A DNA stretch of 64,000 bases from Thermoplasmatales archaeon. Lineage in GTDB: Archaea > Thermoplasmatota > Thermoplasmata > Thermoplasmatales > Thermoplasmataceae. The translations under genes and the position numbers were made by a program. The stretch lies in contig DAIDBH010000007.1 of NCBI GenBank assembly GCA_027310185.1, positions 13,891-77,890 of the forward strand, given 5' to 3'. Below the pieces are notes generated by a model. It did no database searches and had not been told where the DNA came from. It saw only the letters and a list, made by a program, of their open reading frames with translations. Shown piece after piece: positions 20,810-30,813 of this stretch. Position 1 is the stretch's first letter. Each line of letters starts with the position of its first letter.

Positions 20810-21208
20810 CTAAACTATAGTGGATGCAATAGCAGCTATCCTTGGCCATCTCTCTGCTGCTTCCCTGGCGACTGGCCCCTTGATTTCTGATCCCCTTACT
20901 TCTCCGTCTGGTGTTACGAGCACAGCCGCATTTTCTTCAAATGAAATGATTGAGCCATCTGCTCTCCTGTAGGGTCTCTTCTGCCTGATCACCACTGCGT
21001 AGACTACCTTTGCCCTGACATCAGGTCCACCCTTTTTTACACTTGCTATGAACATGTCACCGACACCAGCTGCCGGAACCCTCCTGGCCACTCCATGCCA
21101 GGCTTTTACATTTATGAGACTCACAATTTTGGCACCACTGTTGTCCGCGCATACCATCCTGGCTCCAAGTGGTAATCCTCTTGACTGCCTTCCGGCTATT
21201 CCTTTCAT
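20810..21208 (-). CDS. rpl14: 50S ribosomal protein L14
   Basis: CADNSGAK, GPVAREAAERWP. Confidence 0.97.
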   Translation of the reverse strand: MKGIAGRQSRGLPLGARMVCADNSGAKIVSLINVKAWHGVARRVPAAGVGDMFIASVKKGGPDVRAKVVYAVVIRQKRPYRRADGSIISFEENAAVLVTPDGEVRGSEIKGPVAREAAERWPRIAAIASTIV

Positions 21209-21531
21209 TGATCTAACCTCCCTACAACAACGTGGGATATGGTCTTTGCAAGCTTCCTGCATTCTGTGAAGAGAACCCTGTCTCCATTCTTCACTTCAAT
21301 GCAGGGAGGCAAATGTACGTGATAGCTTGATATTGACTTTATATTTCTCTCATACTTTGAGTTGAATTTCTTGAATTCCCTCCTCACCACAACACTGTTT
21401 ACCATTCCCTTCGAGACTACTGTGCCTATGATTACCCTTCCCCTAACACTCAGATTTGAGTGGTACGGGCATTTCTTATCTTCACACTGCTTTTCCGGTG
21501 GTGCAATGTCAAGTCCTATGTTTCTTGTCAT
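21205..21531 (-). CDS. rps17: 30S ribosomal protein S17
   Basis: CEDKKCPYH.NLSVRG, HLPPC, ECRKLAKT. Confidence 0.96.
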   Translation of the reverse strand: MTRNIGLDIAPPEKQCEDKKCPYHSNLSVRGRVIIGTVVSKGMVNSVVVRREFKKFNSKYERNIKSISSYHVHLPPCIEVKNGDRVLFTECRKLAKTISHVVVGRLDQ

Positions 21532-21822
21532 TTAGTTCATCCTCCTTAAATTTTTATTGATCTTCCTCAGTTCCTTGAGACGATTCTCTGGTCTGTATCT
21601 GATCAGATTTCCCTTCAACCTGTAGTCGGTCCCATCTACATTTACATTGAACTCACATGAATCCTTTGGTATTTGTTTCACCTTTTCTGGCGTTGCAACA
21701 GAAAACATATTCTTTGTCTCCTTAACCACTATTCCTGTGATTCCCTGAAGTCCACTGTTTCTTGATTCAAGAACAGTTATTTTTCTCCCGAGGTATTCCT
21801 CTCCATAAATGTTATGCACCAT
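21532..21822 (-). CDS. rnp1: Ribonuclease P protein component 1 (Rpp29)
   Basis: GIVVKETKN, RPENRLK; conserved position. Confidence 0.92.
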   Translation of the reverse strand: MVHNIYGEEYLGRKITVLESRNSGLQGITGIVVKETKNMFSVATPEKVKQIPKDSCEFNVNVDGTDYRLKGNLIRYRPENRLKELRKINKNLRRMN

Positions 21823-22124
21823 TATCCTACAACCTCCGTTTTGAATCCGATATTTTCAAGATACTTCTTTACAGAATCCCTGTGATCGCCCTGCAATTCG
21901 ATAATCCTGCCTTCCTTTACGGTTCCCCCTGAAGCAACTTTCCTTTTGAGCTGCTTGGCGATATCTTCAACGTCCTCCATCTTAGGGTCAATGCCCTCAA
22001 TTATGGTTACGTTTTTTCCATATCTCCTTTTGTCAACAGTTATTCTTACTGCCATGGTGTCTCTTGTAAAGCCATCCCATGGCTGCAGTTCCTTGGGGAT
22101 TCCTGTAAAGTTCTTATCCTTCAT
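21822..22124 (-). CDS. Translation initiation factor aIF1 (SUI1)
   Basis: RRYGKNVTIIEG, GGTVK, IELQGDHR. Confidence 0.95.
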   Translation of the reverse strand: MKDKNFTGIPKELQPWDGFTRDTMAVRITVDKRRYGKNVTIIEGIDPKMEDVEDIAKQLKRKVASGGTVKEGRIIELQGDHRDSVKKYLENIGFKTEVVG

Positions 22125-22327
22125 TTTTTAGTTTCCTCCTCGTGCTCGACTGTCCTTATCCTGGCGATCTGGCGCCTTATGGACTTTATTAATCCTGGAT
22201 TCAGGGGAGATCCTCCCATTGCGACACTTGCCCTCTGTCTCAGAAGATTCTCCTTGAGTTCTTTCATTCTTTCTCCTCTCTCTTCCTTATTCATTTTTCT
22301 TAACTGGTCCGGTTTCAATTCCGACAT
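22121..22327 (-). CDS. rpl29: 50S ribosomal protein L29
   Basis: [17 protein letters not shown]. Confidence 0.95.
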   Translation of the reverse strand: MSELKPDQLRKMNKEERGERMKELKENLLRQRASVAMGGSPLNPGLIKSIRRQIARIRTVEHEEETKK

Positions 22328-22949
22328 TTTCTGTGTTCACCTCCTTCAATACTAAATTTGACTTGTTTACCTTTATATCATCTGGAAGCTTGTAATCCCA
22401 GTTCAGTATTCTGACAGAAACTCCTATGATTCCAAGTTTTAACTTTGCCGTTGAGAATCCATATTCAATTCCACTTCTTGCGGGTTCTCCAGAGTATTTT
22501 ATTGAGCCGTAGAAGAATTTCTGACTTCTCGCTCTTTCTCCAGAAATCTTGCCACCGATCTTTATCATTACACCCCTTGCGTTACTTTCGATGATTCTTC
22601 TCAATGCAGTGTTACCTGCCTTCCTGTAAGCCCATCCCTTCTCAAGGGACATTGCAATCTTCTTTGAAACAATCTGTGGATTCAGGTCGGGATTTTTTAC
22701 CTCCTTTACCTCTATCCTTGGGCCTTCAATCTTGAATCTGGTCTTGAGCGTTTCTTCAATTTCCTGTACCTTTGATCCCCTTCTTCCTATAACCAGTCCC
22801 GGCTTGTTAACCACTAACTGTATTGATGTATCCAGAAGATTCCTCTTCATTTCGATTCCACCGAATCCGGCACTGTCAGTTTCCTTCCTGACGTACTCCG
22901 AAACAAGAAGCCTCTTTATGCTTTCGTTAATGAATTTTCGCTCTTTCAT
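22287..22949 (-). CDS. rps3: 30S ribosomal protein S3
   Basis: [12 protein letters not shown] motif, GKISGERAR. Confidence 0.97.
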   Translation of the reverse strand: MKERKFINESIKRLLVSEYVRKETDSAGFGGIEMKRNLLDTSIQLVVNKPGLVIGRRGSKVQEIEETLKTRFKIEGPRIEVKEVKNPDLNPQIVSKKIAMSLEKGWAYRKAGNTALRRIIESNARGVMIKIGGKISGERARSQKFFYGSIKYSGEPARSGIEYGFSTAKLKLGIIGVSVRILNWDYKLPDDIKVNKSNLVLKEVNTENVGIETGPVKKNE

Positions 22950-23395
22950 TCTTCAACCTCCTCTACAACAATGGACAGATGAACCATATCCCTGTTGTTC
23001 GCACCTGCTCTTCCATATGCCTTGGGTGTGAATCTCTTCAACATTGGTCCCTTATTTGCCGTTATCATGTTTATCCTTAGTGAGTCTGTATCCATTCCCT
23101 TGAATTCTGCATTAGCCTTCACGTTATCTATCAGTGTCTTGAATTGCTTGACTGCCCTGACTGGGTATCTTCCCGGACCGTATCCTTTCCTGTGCGATAC
23201 AGAATCCAGATACCTGAAATATTTTATAGGCCTCTGCTTGTTCATTACATCATCCAGAAGGGCTTCTGCTTTGGAGAGGTCCATGCCCTTCAGATTATGC
23301 GCGATATTCACTGCGTCCTTGAAGGAAATGTTACAGTTCTTCCTTATGGACCTTGCAGACTTTTCCGGTATTTCATTTAATGAGTATCCTTTCAT
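22946..23395 (-). CDS. rpl22: 50S ribosomal protein L22
   Basis: GRYPVRA, PKAYGRA. Confidence 0.96.
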   Translation of the reverse strand: MKGYSLNEIPEKSARSIRKNCNISFKDAVNIAHNLKGMDLSKAEALLDDVMNKQRPIKYFRYLDSVSHRKGYGPGRYPVRAVKQFKTLIDNVKANAEFKGMDTDSLRINMITANKGPMLKRFTPKAYGRAGANNRDMVHLSIVVEEVEE

Positions 23396-23401
23396 TTTAA
23401 A

Positions 23402-23857
23402 TCACTTCAGTGGCATGAACTTTGAAGATCTTGTTGCACCTACTCCTGGTCCAGAGTGCTTTACTTCTCCTCTTGTCAATGCGAATTCTCCTACATAATG
23501 CCCGATCATTTCAGCTTTTACCTCGAATTTTACGTAGTTTTTTCCGTTATGAACGTGTACTATCTTTCCAACATATCTTGGAAGGATTATCAGGTCCCTC
23601 ACGTGTGTTCTTATTTCTGGCTTCTTTCCTAGAAGTCTCTTTACGACTATTTTCTGGTCAGGTCCCATTTCTCTTTTCAAGCTTCTTCTTACTCTTGCCG
23701 GGAATACCTCAATCAGTTTTTCCTTGTCCATTTTCTGAAGTTCTTCCAGCGTGTATCCCTTGTACTTGAATTCCTTGGATCTTCCCATGGCAACTTTCTG
23801 GGATTTCCTGCTCCTCCTTCTTATGGATTTTGCCGACGCCTGCCTATTTGTGGTCAT
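23402..23857 (-). CDS. rps19: 30S ribosomal protein S19
   Basis: [27 protein letters not shown]. Confidence 0.97.
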   Translation of the reverse strand: MTTNRQASAKSIRRRSRKSQKVAMGRSKEFKYKGYTLEELQKMDKEKLIEVFPARVRRSLKREMGPDQKIVVKRLLGKKPEIRTHVRDLIILPRYVGKIVHVHNGKNYVKFEVKAEMIGHYVGEFALTRGEVKHSGPGVGATRSSKFMPLK

Positions 23858-24549
23858 TTAATTTTCCTCCTCTGTGGTGATAATCTTCCTACCTTTCTCC
23901 CTGGCGGTGTTCCCCTTCCAACTGTGCTTGGTCTACCAACGTGCTGATGGTTTCCTCCTCCATGTGGATGGTTTACAGCATTCATAGCAACGCCCCTTAC
24001 AGTATAGGCTTTCTTTGCCTTGCTCTGCAGATAGTGTATGTGTCTTCCTGCCTTCAGTATGGGAATATCTTTTGCACCTGTACCTGCAACAACTCCCACA
24101 GTTGCTCTGCACTGTGGATTCACATTCTTGATTGCCCCTGACGGGAGTTTTATAGAAACAAATTCTCCGTGACTTATAACCTGGGAATATGCACCTGCAG
24201 TTCTGCAAAGTTTTCCTCCATCTCCTGGCATTGTTTCTATATTATGAACAAGGGAACCATCTGGAATGAAGCCAAGATGTGTGGAATCCCCACTTTTGGG
24301 ATTTTCAATCTTGCCTATGTTAACTGTCTGGTCAACATATGCACCGTTGAATGCTATCTGATACAACTTTTTACTGTTGACTCCATCGAGCACAAGAACC
24401 GGCGATGTCCTGCCTGGTGCATGTATAATATCCTTAATCTTATAATTCCCGTCCTCCGGAATTCTCATTGGGCTCACATGTCTGTGCCCTGGGCTCCTGA
24501 ATACCAGTGAACCCTTTCCTCTTCTCTGTGTTATTAATAGTTTACCCAT
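23854..24549 (-). CDS. rpl2: 50S ribosomal protein L2
   Basis: [22 protein letters not shown]. Confidence 0.97.
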   Translation of the reverse strand: MGKLLITQRRGKGSLVFRSPGHRHVSPMRIPEDGNYKIKDIIHAPGRTSPVLVLDGVNSKKLYQIAFNGAYVDQTVNIGKIENPKSGDSTHLGFIPDGSLVHNIETMPGDGGKLCRTAGAYSQVISHGEFVSIKLPSGAIKNVNPQCRATVGVVAGTGAKDIPILKAGRHIHYLQSKAKKAYTVRGVAMNAVNHPHGGGNHQHVGRPSTVGRGTPPGRKVGRLSPQRRKIK

Positions 24550-24558
24550 TTTAATACC

Positions 24559-24816
24559 TCAGTAAATTCCTATCCTCTCTCCAATCTCTTCAGCATTAAA
24601 CTCTGGAGCTAGTTTAATCACCGCTTTCTTACCCCTCTTGGTGTAGAGAACATTGATTTTTTCAACCTTGACGTTGAACTGTTTCTCCACATCCTCTTTT
24701 ATCTGCTTCTTAGTTGCTTTCCTGCTCACTATGAACGTGAGTTTATTTTCAGTCTGACTCTGAATCATTGTTTTTTCTGTTGCTGTTGGTGAAATAATAA
24801 CGTCTTCCATCTTCAT
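24559..24816 (-). CDS. rpl23: 50S ribosomal protein L23
   Basis: TEKTM, NKLTFIV, KKAVIKL. Confidence 0.95.
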   Translation of the reverse strand: MKMEDVIISPTATEKTMIQSQTENKLTFIVSRKATKKQIKEDVEKQFNVKVEKINVLYTKRGKKAVIKLAPEFNAEEIGERIGIY

Positions 24817-25568
24817 TCGACCTCCATATTCTTAATTGAGCTTTCAGTAAAGAGTATCAGTCTTCCACCCTTTCCTCCTGGAGCAAGCTTTGATATTGAT
24901 ATATTTTTACAATGTGAGACCTCCACACCTGGAAGAGATTTGAAGGCAGCCAGATGCATTGGTGAGTCAGTTACGATAAGAATGCTTTTAGGTGTCCTGT
25001 AAGTCCTGTTTCTCATTGTGCCTCTTCCAGCCCTGATTTTTGTTCTTTCCTTCGCTCTTTCTATATCATCCCATACGCCGAGAGACTGAAGGAAATTTCT
25101 TGCATCCCTGGTCTTTCTTATATTGTTAATTTCATCATTTACGACGACTGGGAACGTCAGTTCTTCGGAGAACATATGCCCTCTCTTTCTGACCAGTTCT
25201 GCATTTGCAGCCATGCTGAGCGCAGTTTTCCATGCAACCTCTTTTTCTTTCTTGTTTATCTTGAGTTTGAGAACCTTTTCTGCTCGTGGGGAATGAGGAC
25301 TTCTTCCTCCCTTTGTACTTCCAAGCAGGACTGCTCTTGAACTACCAGATACTCTTGGCATTCTTGAAATACCCATTCCTGGTCCTGATGTATGACCTAC
25401 TCTCCTCAGACCTGCATTGGGTGATGACCCATACGGTTTCCTGTATGAAAGTGTTACTGCCCTGAAGGCCTTTTGCATGATATCTTCCCTTAACTCAGAT
25501 TGAAAAATTTGAGGTACTTCAACCTCATGATCAACTTTTCCTTCCATATTGTAAACTGATGTTTTCAT
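24813..25568 (-). CDS. rpl4: 50S ribosomal protein L4
   Basis: KINKKE, RAGRGTMRNR, LAPGG. Confidence 0.96.
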   Translation of the reverse strand: MKTSVYNMEGKVDHEVEVPQIFQSELREDIMQKAFRAVTLSYRKPYGSSPNAGLRRVGHTSGPGMGISRMPRVSGSSRAVLLGSTKGGRSPHSPRAEKVLKLKINKKEKEVAWKTALSMAANAELVRKRGHMFSEELTFPVVVNDEINNIRKTRDARNFLQSLGVWDDIERAKERTKIRAGRGTMRNRTYRTPKSILIVTDSPMHLAAFKSLPGVEVSHCKNISISKLAPGGKGGRLILFTESSIKNMEVE

Positions 25569-25570
25569 TT

Positions 25571-26560
25571 TTAATCACCCTGCTTGGATTCTCTGGAAAT
25601 GTAAGCCACTTCAAGATTCTCAACAGAAGGAGATTTCTGCCTTGATGGATCCCTGAACTTAATTAGCCTCTTTATTGAGCCCGGTACTGAACCGTGAATC
25701 AATACATAATTTGTTCTGACCAATCCGTAATTTACAAATCCACCCTTTACGTTGATGTCGTCCTGACCCTGGGATTTGGCATATTTTATGATCCTCATGT
25801 TCTGCTGCGTCCTCTGGTGGGACCCCATCTGACCAGCCTGTGGAACCTGCCATCTTATCCAGTCTGGATGCCATGGACCCAGTGTTCCGATCATCCTCCT
25901 GTGATTTCTGTTCTTTGTTGGAAGAAGCTTTACACCGAATCTCTCAACGTGCCCAGTGAACCCTTTTCCCTTGGTCACTGAAATAACGTCCACAAAATTT
26001 CCCGGTTTTGAAAAATCTGTAAACTCTATTTCCTTTCCGAGTTTTTCAGTAGCGTACTTGATTCTTGCATCTATTGTTGAACCGCCTATCCTGGCTTCAT
26101 ATATATCAGGTATCTTCTTTGGAACTCCTGTGATAAGCCATGGTTGAAGCATCAGCATGACTCTGACCTCAGTAAGGTCCTGCGGGATTTCCTTTTCGTT
26201 TCTCTTTTTCACTTCGGGTATTACTTCAAAAAGTTCCTTATCCAGGTTATCTGCCCACTTCTCATATGTTACTCTCAGTCCATCTTCAGTTTCAGAATAT
26301 CCCCTGACGCAAACTACCTTTGCCGGTGGTACCTCAACAACAGTAACAGCAGCCATTATATTTCTTCCTGCCGTTGTACTGCTTTTCCTGTAATCGACCA
26401 TTTCAACATGTGTCATGCCAACCTTATATCCGGCGAAAGACTGAATTTTAACGTTTCCCTCAATCTCTGGCCAGCTTCTGATTGTAGACTTTAAGCTAGG
26501 CTTTCTCTTTCTATGATAGTATCCAATAGACCCTCTTCTAGGATGATGTGGTGTTGCCAT
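25571..26560 (-). CDS. rpl3: 50S ribosomal protein L3
   Basis: PRRGS, GYKVGMTH, TKGKGF, GTLGPWHP; start MATPHH preceded by GAGGTGA. Confidence 0.97.
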   Translation of the reverse strand: MATPHHPRRGSIGYYHRKRKPSLKSTIRSWPEIEGNVKIQSFAGYKVGMTHVEMVDYRKSSTTAGRNIMAAVTVVEVPPAKVVCVRGYSETEDGLRVTYEKWADNLDKELFEVIPEVKKRNEKEIPQDLTEVRVMLMLQPWLITGVPKKIPDIYEARIGGSTIDARIKYATEKLGKEIEFTDFSKPGNFVDVISVTKGKGFTGHVERFGVKLLPTKNRNHRRMIGTLGPWHPDWIRWQVPQAGQMGSHQRTQQNMRIIKYAKSQGQDDINVKGGFVNYGLVRTNYVLIHGSVPGSIKRLIKFRDPSRQKSPSVENLEVAYISRESKQGD

Positions 26561-26770
26561 ATTTTTTTCACCTCTACCGTTACACCTGTTTTGCAACAAA
26601 AATTTTTGTGCTCAACTGTGGATGCATTAACATTGCCACTGGTGTATGGTCTGTTCTTTCAGATAATGTAAGACCATATTTAAAGATTTATTAATTCTTT
26701 TTCCTTCAGACTATAAAAATTCATGGTATTAAACAACAATGGAGTGTGAATTATTATCATTTTTGGAAAT

Positions 26771-27472
26771 TCACTCCTGTCCTGAAAGAAAGAACAATTC
26801 CAGAAATTGTGAAACATTGTTCAGTATTTTGTTCTTTGCCTTGTTCAGGTGCTCCTCCACAGTAGATTCTGAGAGGGAAACGATTCTTGCAAGAGATTCT
26901 ATCCCTATGTTTTTCGGGATCTGGAAGTACCCATTGGCCAGAGCTAATTGCATCATTTTTGCCTGCTTCGTTGTTACACCAGAAAAAATATCAGAAATAG
27001 AAACGGCTGATGTGCTTCTCAATGTTTCTGGATGGATTGATTTACTTTTTTTGATCTTCACATCACCGTATTTCTCAAAGCCTCTGATCAGTTTTTCGAT
27101 TGTGCTGTCTTCTATTACAATGAGCGTGATAGTTTCCAGTCCATTTTCATATACTACTGGACCTTTCCAGAGGCTATAAAGTTACTCTGCTATTCTTATG
27201 GATGAATTCTGGATACTGCACACGCATTTGAGCATGAGTTCCACCTTTCCTTCCCTGTCTTTCCTGTACACGATATTTGTTCCCAACTTCCTTTCTATAT
27301 CTTTAAAGCCATCTTCAAGTGATTTCAGATCAATGTTTTTTCCGTAAAATTCAAGATAATCAATGTTAGAATTGCACCATCTCAGGAATTTTATATCCGT
27401 GTAATCTTTAGATAACTGGTTAAATGCCAGATGGTTATCTATAACAAGATCAATCTGCCTCATGAAAGCCAA
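26771..27472 (-). pseudogene. Bacterio-opsin-activator-type HTH regulator interrupted by in-frame TAA
   Basis: ORFs 27182-27472 and 26771-27061 share a frame; reading through TAA (27182-27184) gives continuous ...IAE*LYSLWKGPVVYENGLE...; C-terminal T.KQ..L.LA..GYFQIPK....LA....S.STVEEHL.KA. Confidence 0.85.
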
Positions 27473-27529
27473 TCCACATTGGCTATAAATATATACACTA
27501 TCTGTTTATATCTATATTGGTGATATAAA

Positions 27530-27790
27530 ATGGCAAATGTAATAGTTGAGCACAGATGGAAACCAAAGAATGGAGAGGAAGTAACAAAGGTCGTAGGAAG
27601 CATAGTGCAGATGTCTAAGGACGGAAAGCTGCCAGCAGGATTTGAACTGAAGTCAATAAACGTCATAGGTTCAGAGTCAATGGCAATATGCAACTGGGAA
27701 GCACCGAGTGTTAAAGACATGAAGGATCTCCTTGCAAAGGTAAATCCACCAACGAAACACGAAGTGTATGACGCACAGAGACTGGTGTAA
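27530..27790 (+). CDS. Small ferredoxin-like-fold protein (DUF3303/GYD-like), paralogue 1
   Basis: 86 aa, VEH.W and AICNWEAPS motifs; divergent from HTH gene. Confidence 0.75.
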   Translation: MANVIVEHRWKPKNGEEVTKVVGSIVQMSKDGKLPAGFELKSINVIGSESMAICNWEAPSVKDMKDLLAKVNPPTKHEVYDAQRLV

Positions 27791-28114
27791 TCCAGTTTAT
27801 TTTTTAATTATATCTGTTTATTTATCCTTTTAAGTTTGTTTTCAAGAACTGGCTTATAATAGATGATGATTTGTCTGGTTGTTTTAAATTTGATAAAAGT
27901 GCATGCAACAAGAATTTCAGATTTCTTGGTTGTAGAAAATAGAAATGCATGAATGCTTTATGTTCATGTTTTGTATGTGAGCATGTTAAAATAAGTTTTA
28001 AAGAAATGTTCATGAAATGTCTTACAGACACCTCAGAAATTTGGAATTTTCATATAGCCAATGCCCAACGGCCATATTAATATAAACTACTATCACATAT
28101 TATGTATGATTCGA

Positions 28115-28375
28115 ATGGCAAATATTATTGTGGAGCATACATGGAAAACTCATTATAACGAAGAAGTAAAAAAAGTAATAGCAGAAATAGTTCAGATGGC
28201 AAAAGATAAGAAATTTCCGGAAGGATTCGAACTTAAGTCTATCAACGTTCTGAAATCTGAATTCAGGGCTATTTGTAACTGGGAAGCACCCAGTATCAAT
28301 TCCATGAAGGAGTTGCTGGATAAAGTTAATCCTCCGACAAAACATGAAATTAAGGAAGCTCAAAAGGCATATTGA
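28115..28375 (+). CDS. Small ferredoxin-like-fold protein, paralogue 2
   Basis: 86 aa from MANIIVEH; colinear with 27530-27790 (GFELKSINV, AICNWEAPS, KVNPPTKHE). Confidence 0.75.
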   Translation: MANIIVEHTWKTHYNEEVKKVIAEIVQMAKDKKFPEGFELKSINVLKSEFRAICNWEAPSINSMKELLDKVNPPTKHEIKEAQKAY

Positions 28376-28882
28376 AACTTAGATTTAAAAATCTCCAACA
28401 AGCTGTAAAATTAAGCCCATATCTTCTTTCAGGCTCTTATAGAAAGTGTGCAAATACTTTCACCTATACTGATTTTAAGTCATCATGTTTCAATAAGTTT
28501 TAAGGTCTTAATTCGTCCCTTGCCACCCCTTTCGGGTAGTTCATCAGTCTTAGTTTTCCACTTTTTATGGTATATTATTCATGCTTTCACTGACATTTTC
28601 AATTTTTCTAGCCTAATTCAACTTCATAAAGGCTATTGCTTTCTTGCCCAGAAAATTATAAAAAAGCTCCTTTTCACCAAAAACTTATGTCACTCCGGGT
28701 TAATCACTTACTGGAGTTTAAATTAATGAACTTTCTCATGATTTTCTTGTGTTTTGTTTTTGGAGTCATGATCATTTATTTTCTTTTTAAATATATGTTT
28801 TTTCCAGATATCCCATGTGGTAGAAATCATCGCCGACTGCGTTTTATGCTTAAAAAAATTAATTTATCCTGTAGTTAATTTC

Positions 28883-29431
28883 TTAGGGGAGTTTTTTTCC
28901 GTCCAGCAGACTCGCCAGATGATCACTGGTATCTACTTTACCGAACCATTCCCCGAGAACGCTGTTTTCAAGTTCTACTATCTGCTCAGCCCTGATGTTC
29001 TTTCTGTCGTATGTGCTGTGGCCATCAGATGCTAGAGTGATCTTATATCCATGGGCAAAAGCATCCCTGCATGTGGAATCTACGCACAATTCTGATTGCA
29101 TTCCACAAATAATCAGGTTCTTGATACCTTCACTCTTCAGCACCATATCGAGATCAGTTTCATAGAAAGCATCTGGATAGTTCTTGTGAATAACTGTTTC
29201 TGAATCCTTTGACAGGAAAGTGTCGTAGATCGCCCATCCCTTGGTACCTGGCTCTAGAGTGTCACCCTTTTTACCGGAGTGCTGAATCATTATGACCGGG
29301 TATTTCCTCTTCCTTGCAGCATCCAGAATCATTTTCACATTTCTTATGAGATCGTCCTTCCTGAAAACTGCCTCTTCATCATCGAGCATTCCATTCTGGA
29401 GATCGATTACAAGAATTGCGGTTTCTTTCAT
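28883..29431 (-). CDS. Isochorismatase-family cysteine hydrolase
   Basis: LVIDLQN, HKNYPDAF, GMQSELCVDST. Confidence 0.92.
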   Translation of the reverse strand: MKETAILVIDLQNGMLDDEEAVFRKDDLIRNVKMILDAARKRKYPVIMIQHSGKKGDTLEPGTKGWAIYDTFLSKDSETVIHKNYPDAFYETDLDMVLKSEGIKNLIICGMQSELCVDSTCRDAFAHGYKITLASDGHSTYDRKNIRAEQIVELENSVLGEWFGKVDTSDHLASLLDGKKLP

Positions 29432-29529
29432 GTTTACAAATATCTAATCACTATAAATATATTAACAATTTGAATATTATAAAAATTATTATTTTCTTCT
29501 GGTTTTTGAAATAACTTAAGAAGAAGATC

Positions 29530-30813
29530 TTATGATTCCCTGACCTTTTTACTGTTATCTCTTCTTCTTTTAATCAGGTAGGAAGATATATCTTCAACAG
29601 AATCATCCTTTTTAAGATTGGAGAGGCATATGGGACATGCCGTTATTATTTTCTCAGACCCTGTCTCCTTAAGCTGCCTGAATCTTTCTTCCGATATATT
29701 TGAGGAGAGTTTCCCGTAGAGTAATTCATCAGGACCACCACAGCAGAATACTCTCTTACCTGAACGAACTGGCATATTTACCATGGCAATTGACTCTAGC
29801 AACATTTTTGGCCTGTTGTAACCTTCACCTCTGAGAACAAGATGGCATGGCTCGTGGTAGGTTATATTTTCAGAAGTTCCCTTGAAGTCGCTTTCTTTTA
29901 AAAGATCGAGATAATAAATTACCTTAAAATCAAAATCCGGTGCATAAAGTGAGATGGTATTTTTTAAAAGATCATATGTATGAGGGTCCACGGTAATAAT
30001 TGTCTTCACATTTCTTTTGTGAAACAGATCACAAAGATATTTTGCATATTCACTGAACTCCTTCTCATAACCAAGATCGTAAATGAATGTTCCAGGATAG
30101 GGTTCCTCTTCCTGCAAATAGCTGAATTTTATACCGGTATCCCTTAAAAGAACGTAAATATTCCTCAGATAGCCGTTCATTTCTTTTTCTGTTTTTTTAT
30201 TTCTGAAATATTTTATGTATTTGGATAATCCTGAATGCCTGGAAAGGTATCCTGCCATATTCCTTGAAAAAGTCTCTCCCATCGATCTTTCCATTTTCCC
30301 CAGTGTTTCGTTATATGCCATCATCTGGTACATGTTTCCAGTGTAAAGCAAATTGGTTGATTCTGGCTCAAATTCAAGCCCCTTTGACCACCTTGCACAC
30401 ACCTCCCGTATACCAAGGGGATTTCTATATTTCATTGTTAGTTCAACTATCATATCAGCAATGGGGTTTTTTTGATCCTTTACAGTCAACTCACCCGATG
30501 TGATAATCTCCTTTCCAATTTCACTCACCTTCCCTGCATTAACACCTGCGGGACACACCTGAAGGCAGGCGTAGCAATCCAGGCAGCTGTAGAAAGATTC
30601 GTCAATCTTTAATTCAATTAATCCCTTTCCCTTGTATTCCCTGATCATTTCCTTACCCAGGTCCACCCTTCCTCTTGCTCCTATGGAGGATCTGAAACCA
30701 CTGGATGGCAAAGTCGGACACACAGACTCACAAAAACCACAGTTTATACAGCTATTTACCTGATCTTCAAGCTCCTCTAAAAGCTTTAAACTGTACTGTG
30801 ATTTCTCAGTCAA
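29530..30813 (-). CDS. Fe-S oxidoreductase (GlcF/HdrD-like)
   Basis: Two CxxCxxCxxxCP motifs, HEPCHL, CCGG, TACPIC. Confidence 0.9.
   Translation of the reverse strand: MTEKSQYSLKLLEELEDQVNSCINCGFCESVCPTLPSSGFRSSIGARGRVDLGKEMIREYKGKGLIELKIDESFYSCLDCYACLQVCPAGVNAGKVSEIGKEIITSGELTVKDQKNPIADMIVELTMKYRNPLGIREVCARWSKGLEFEPESTNLLYTGNMYQMMAYNETLGKMERSMGETFSRNMAGYLSRHSGLSKYIKYFRNKKTEKEMNGYLRNIYVLLRDTGIKFSYLQEEEPYPGTFIYDLGYEKEFSEYAKYLCDLFHKRNVKTIITVDPHTYDLLKNTISLYAPDFDFKVIYYLDLLKESDFKGTSENITYHEPCHLVLRGEGYNRPKMLLESIAMVNMPVRSGKRVFCCGGPDELLYGKLSSNISEERFRQLKETGSEKIITACPICLSNLKKDDSVEDISSYLIKRRRDNSKKVRES

Noticed and set aside
13400-26500. Numerous alternative-frame and antisense ORFs over secY and ribosomal protein genes
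   Set aside because: Shadow ORFs of conserved genes with no independent motifs
27822-28878. Short AT-rich ORFs (27822, 28448, 28636)
   Set aside because: No motifs, atypical composition; probably non-coding
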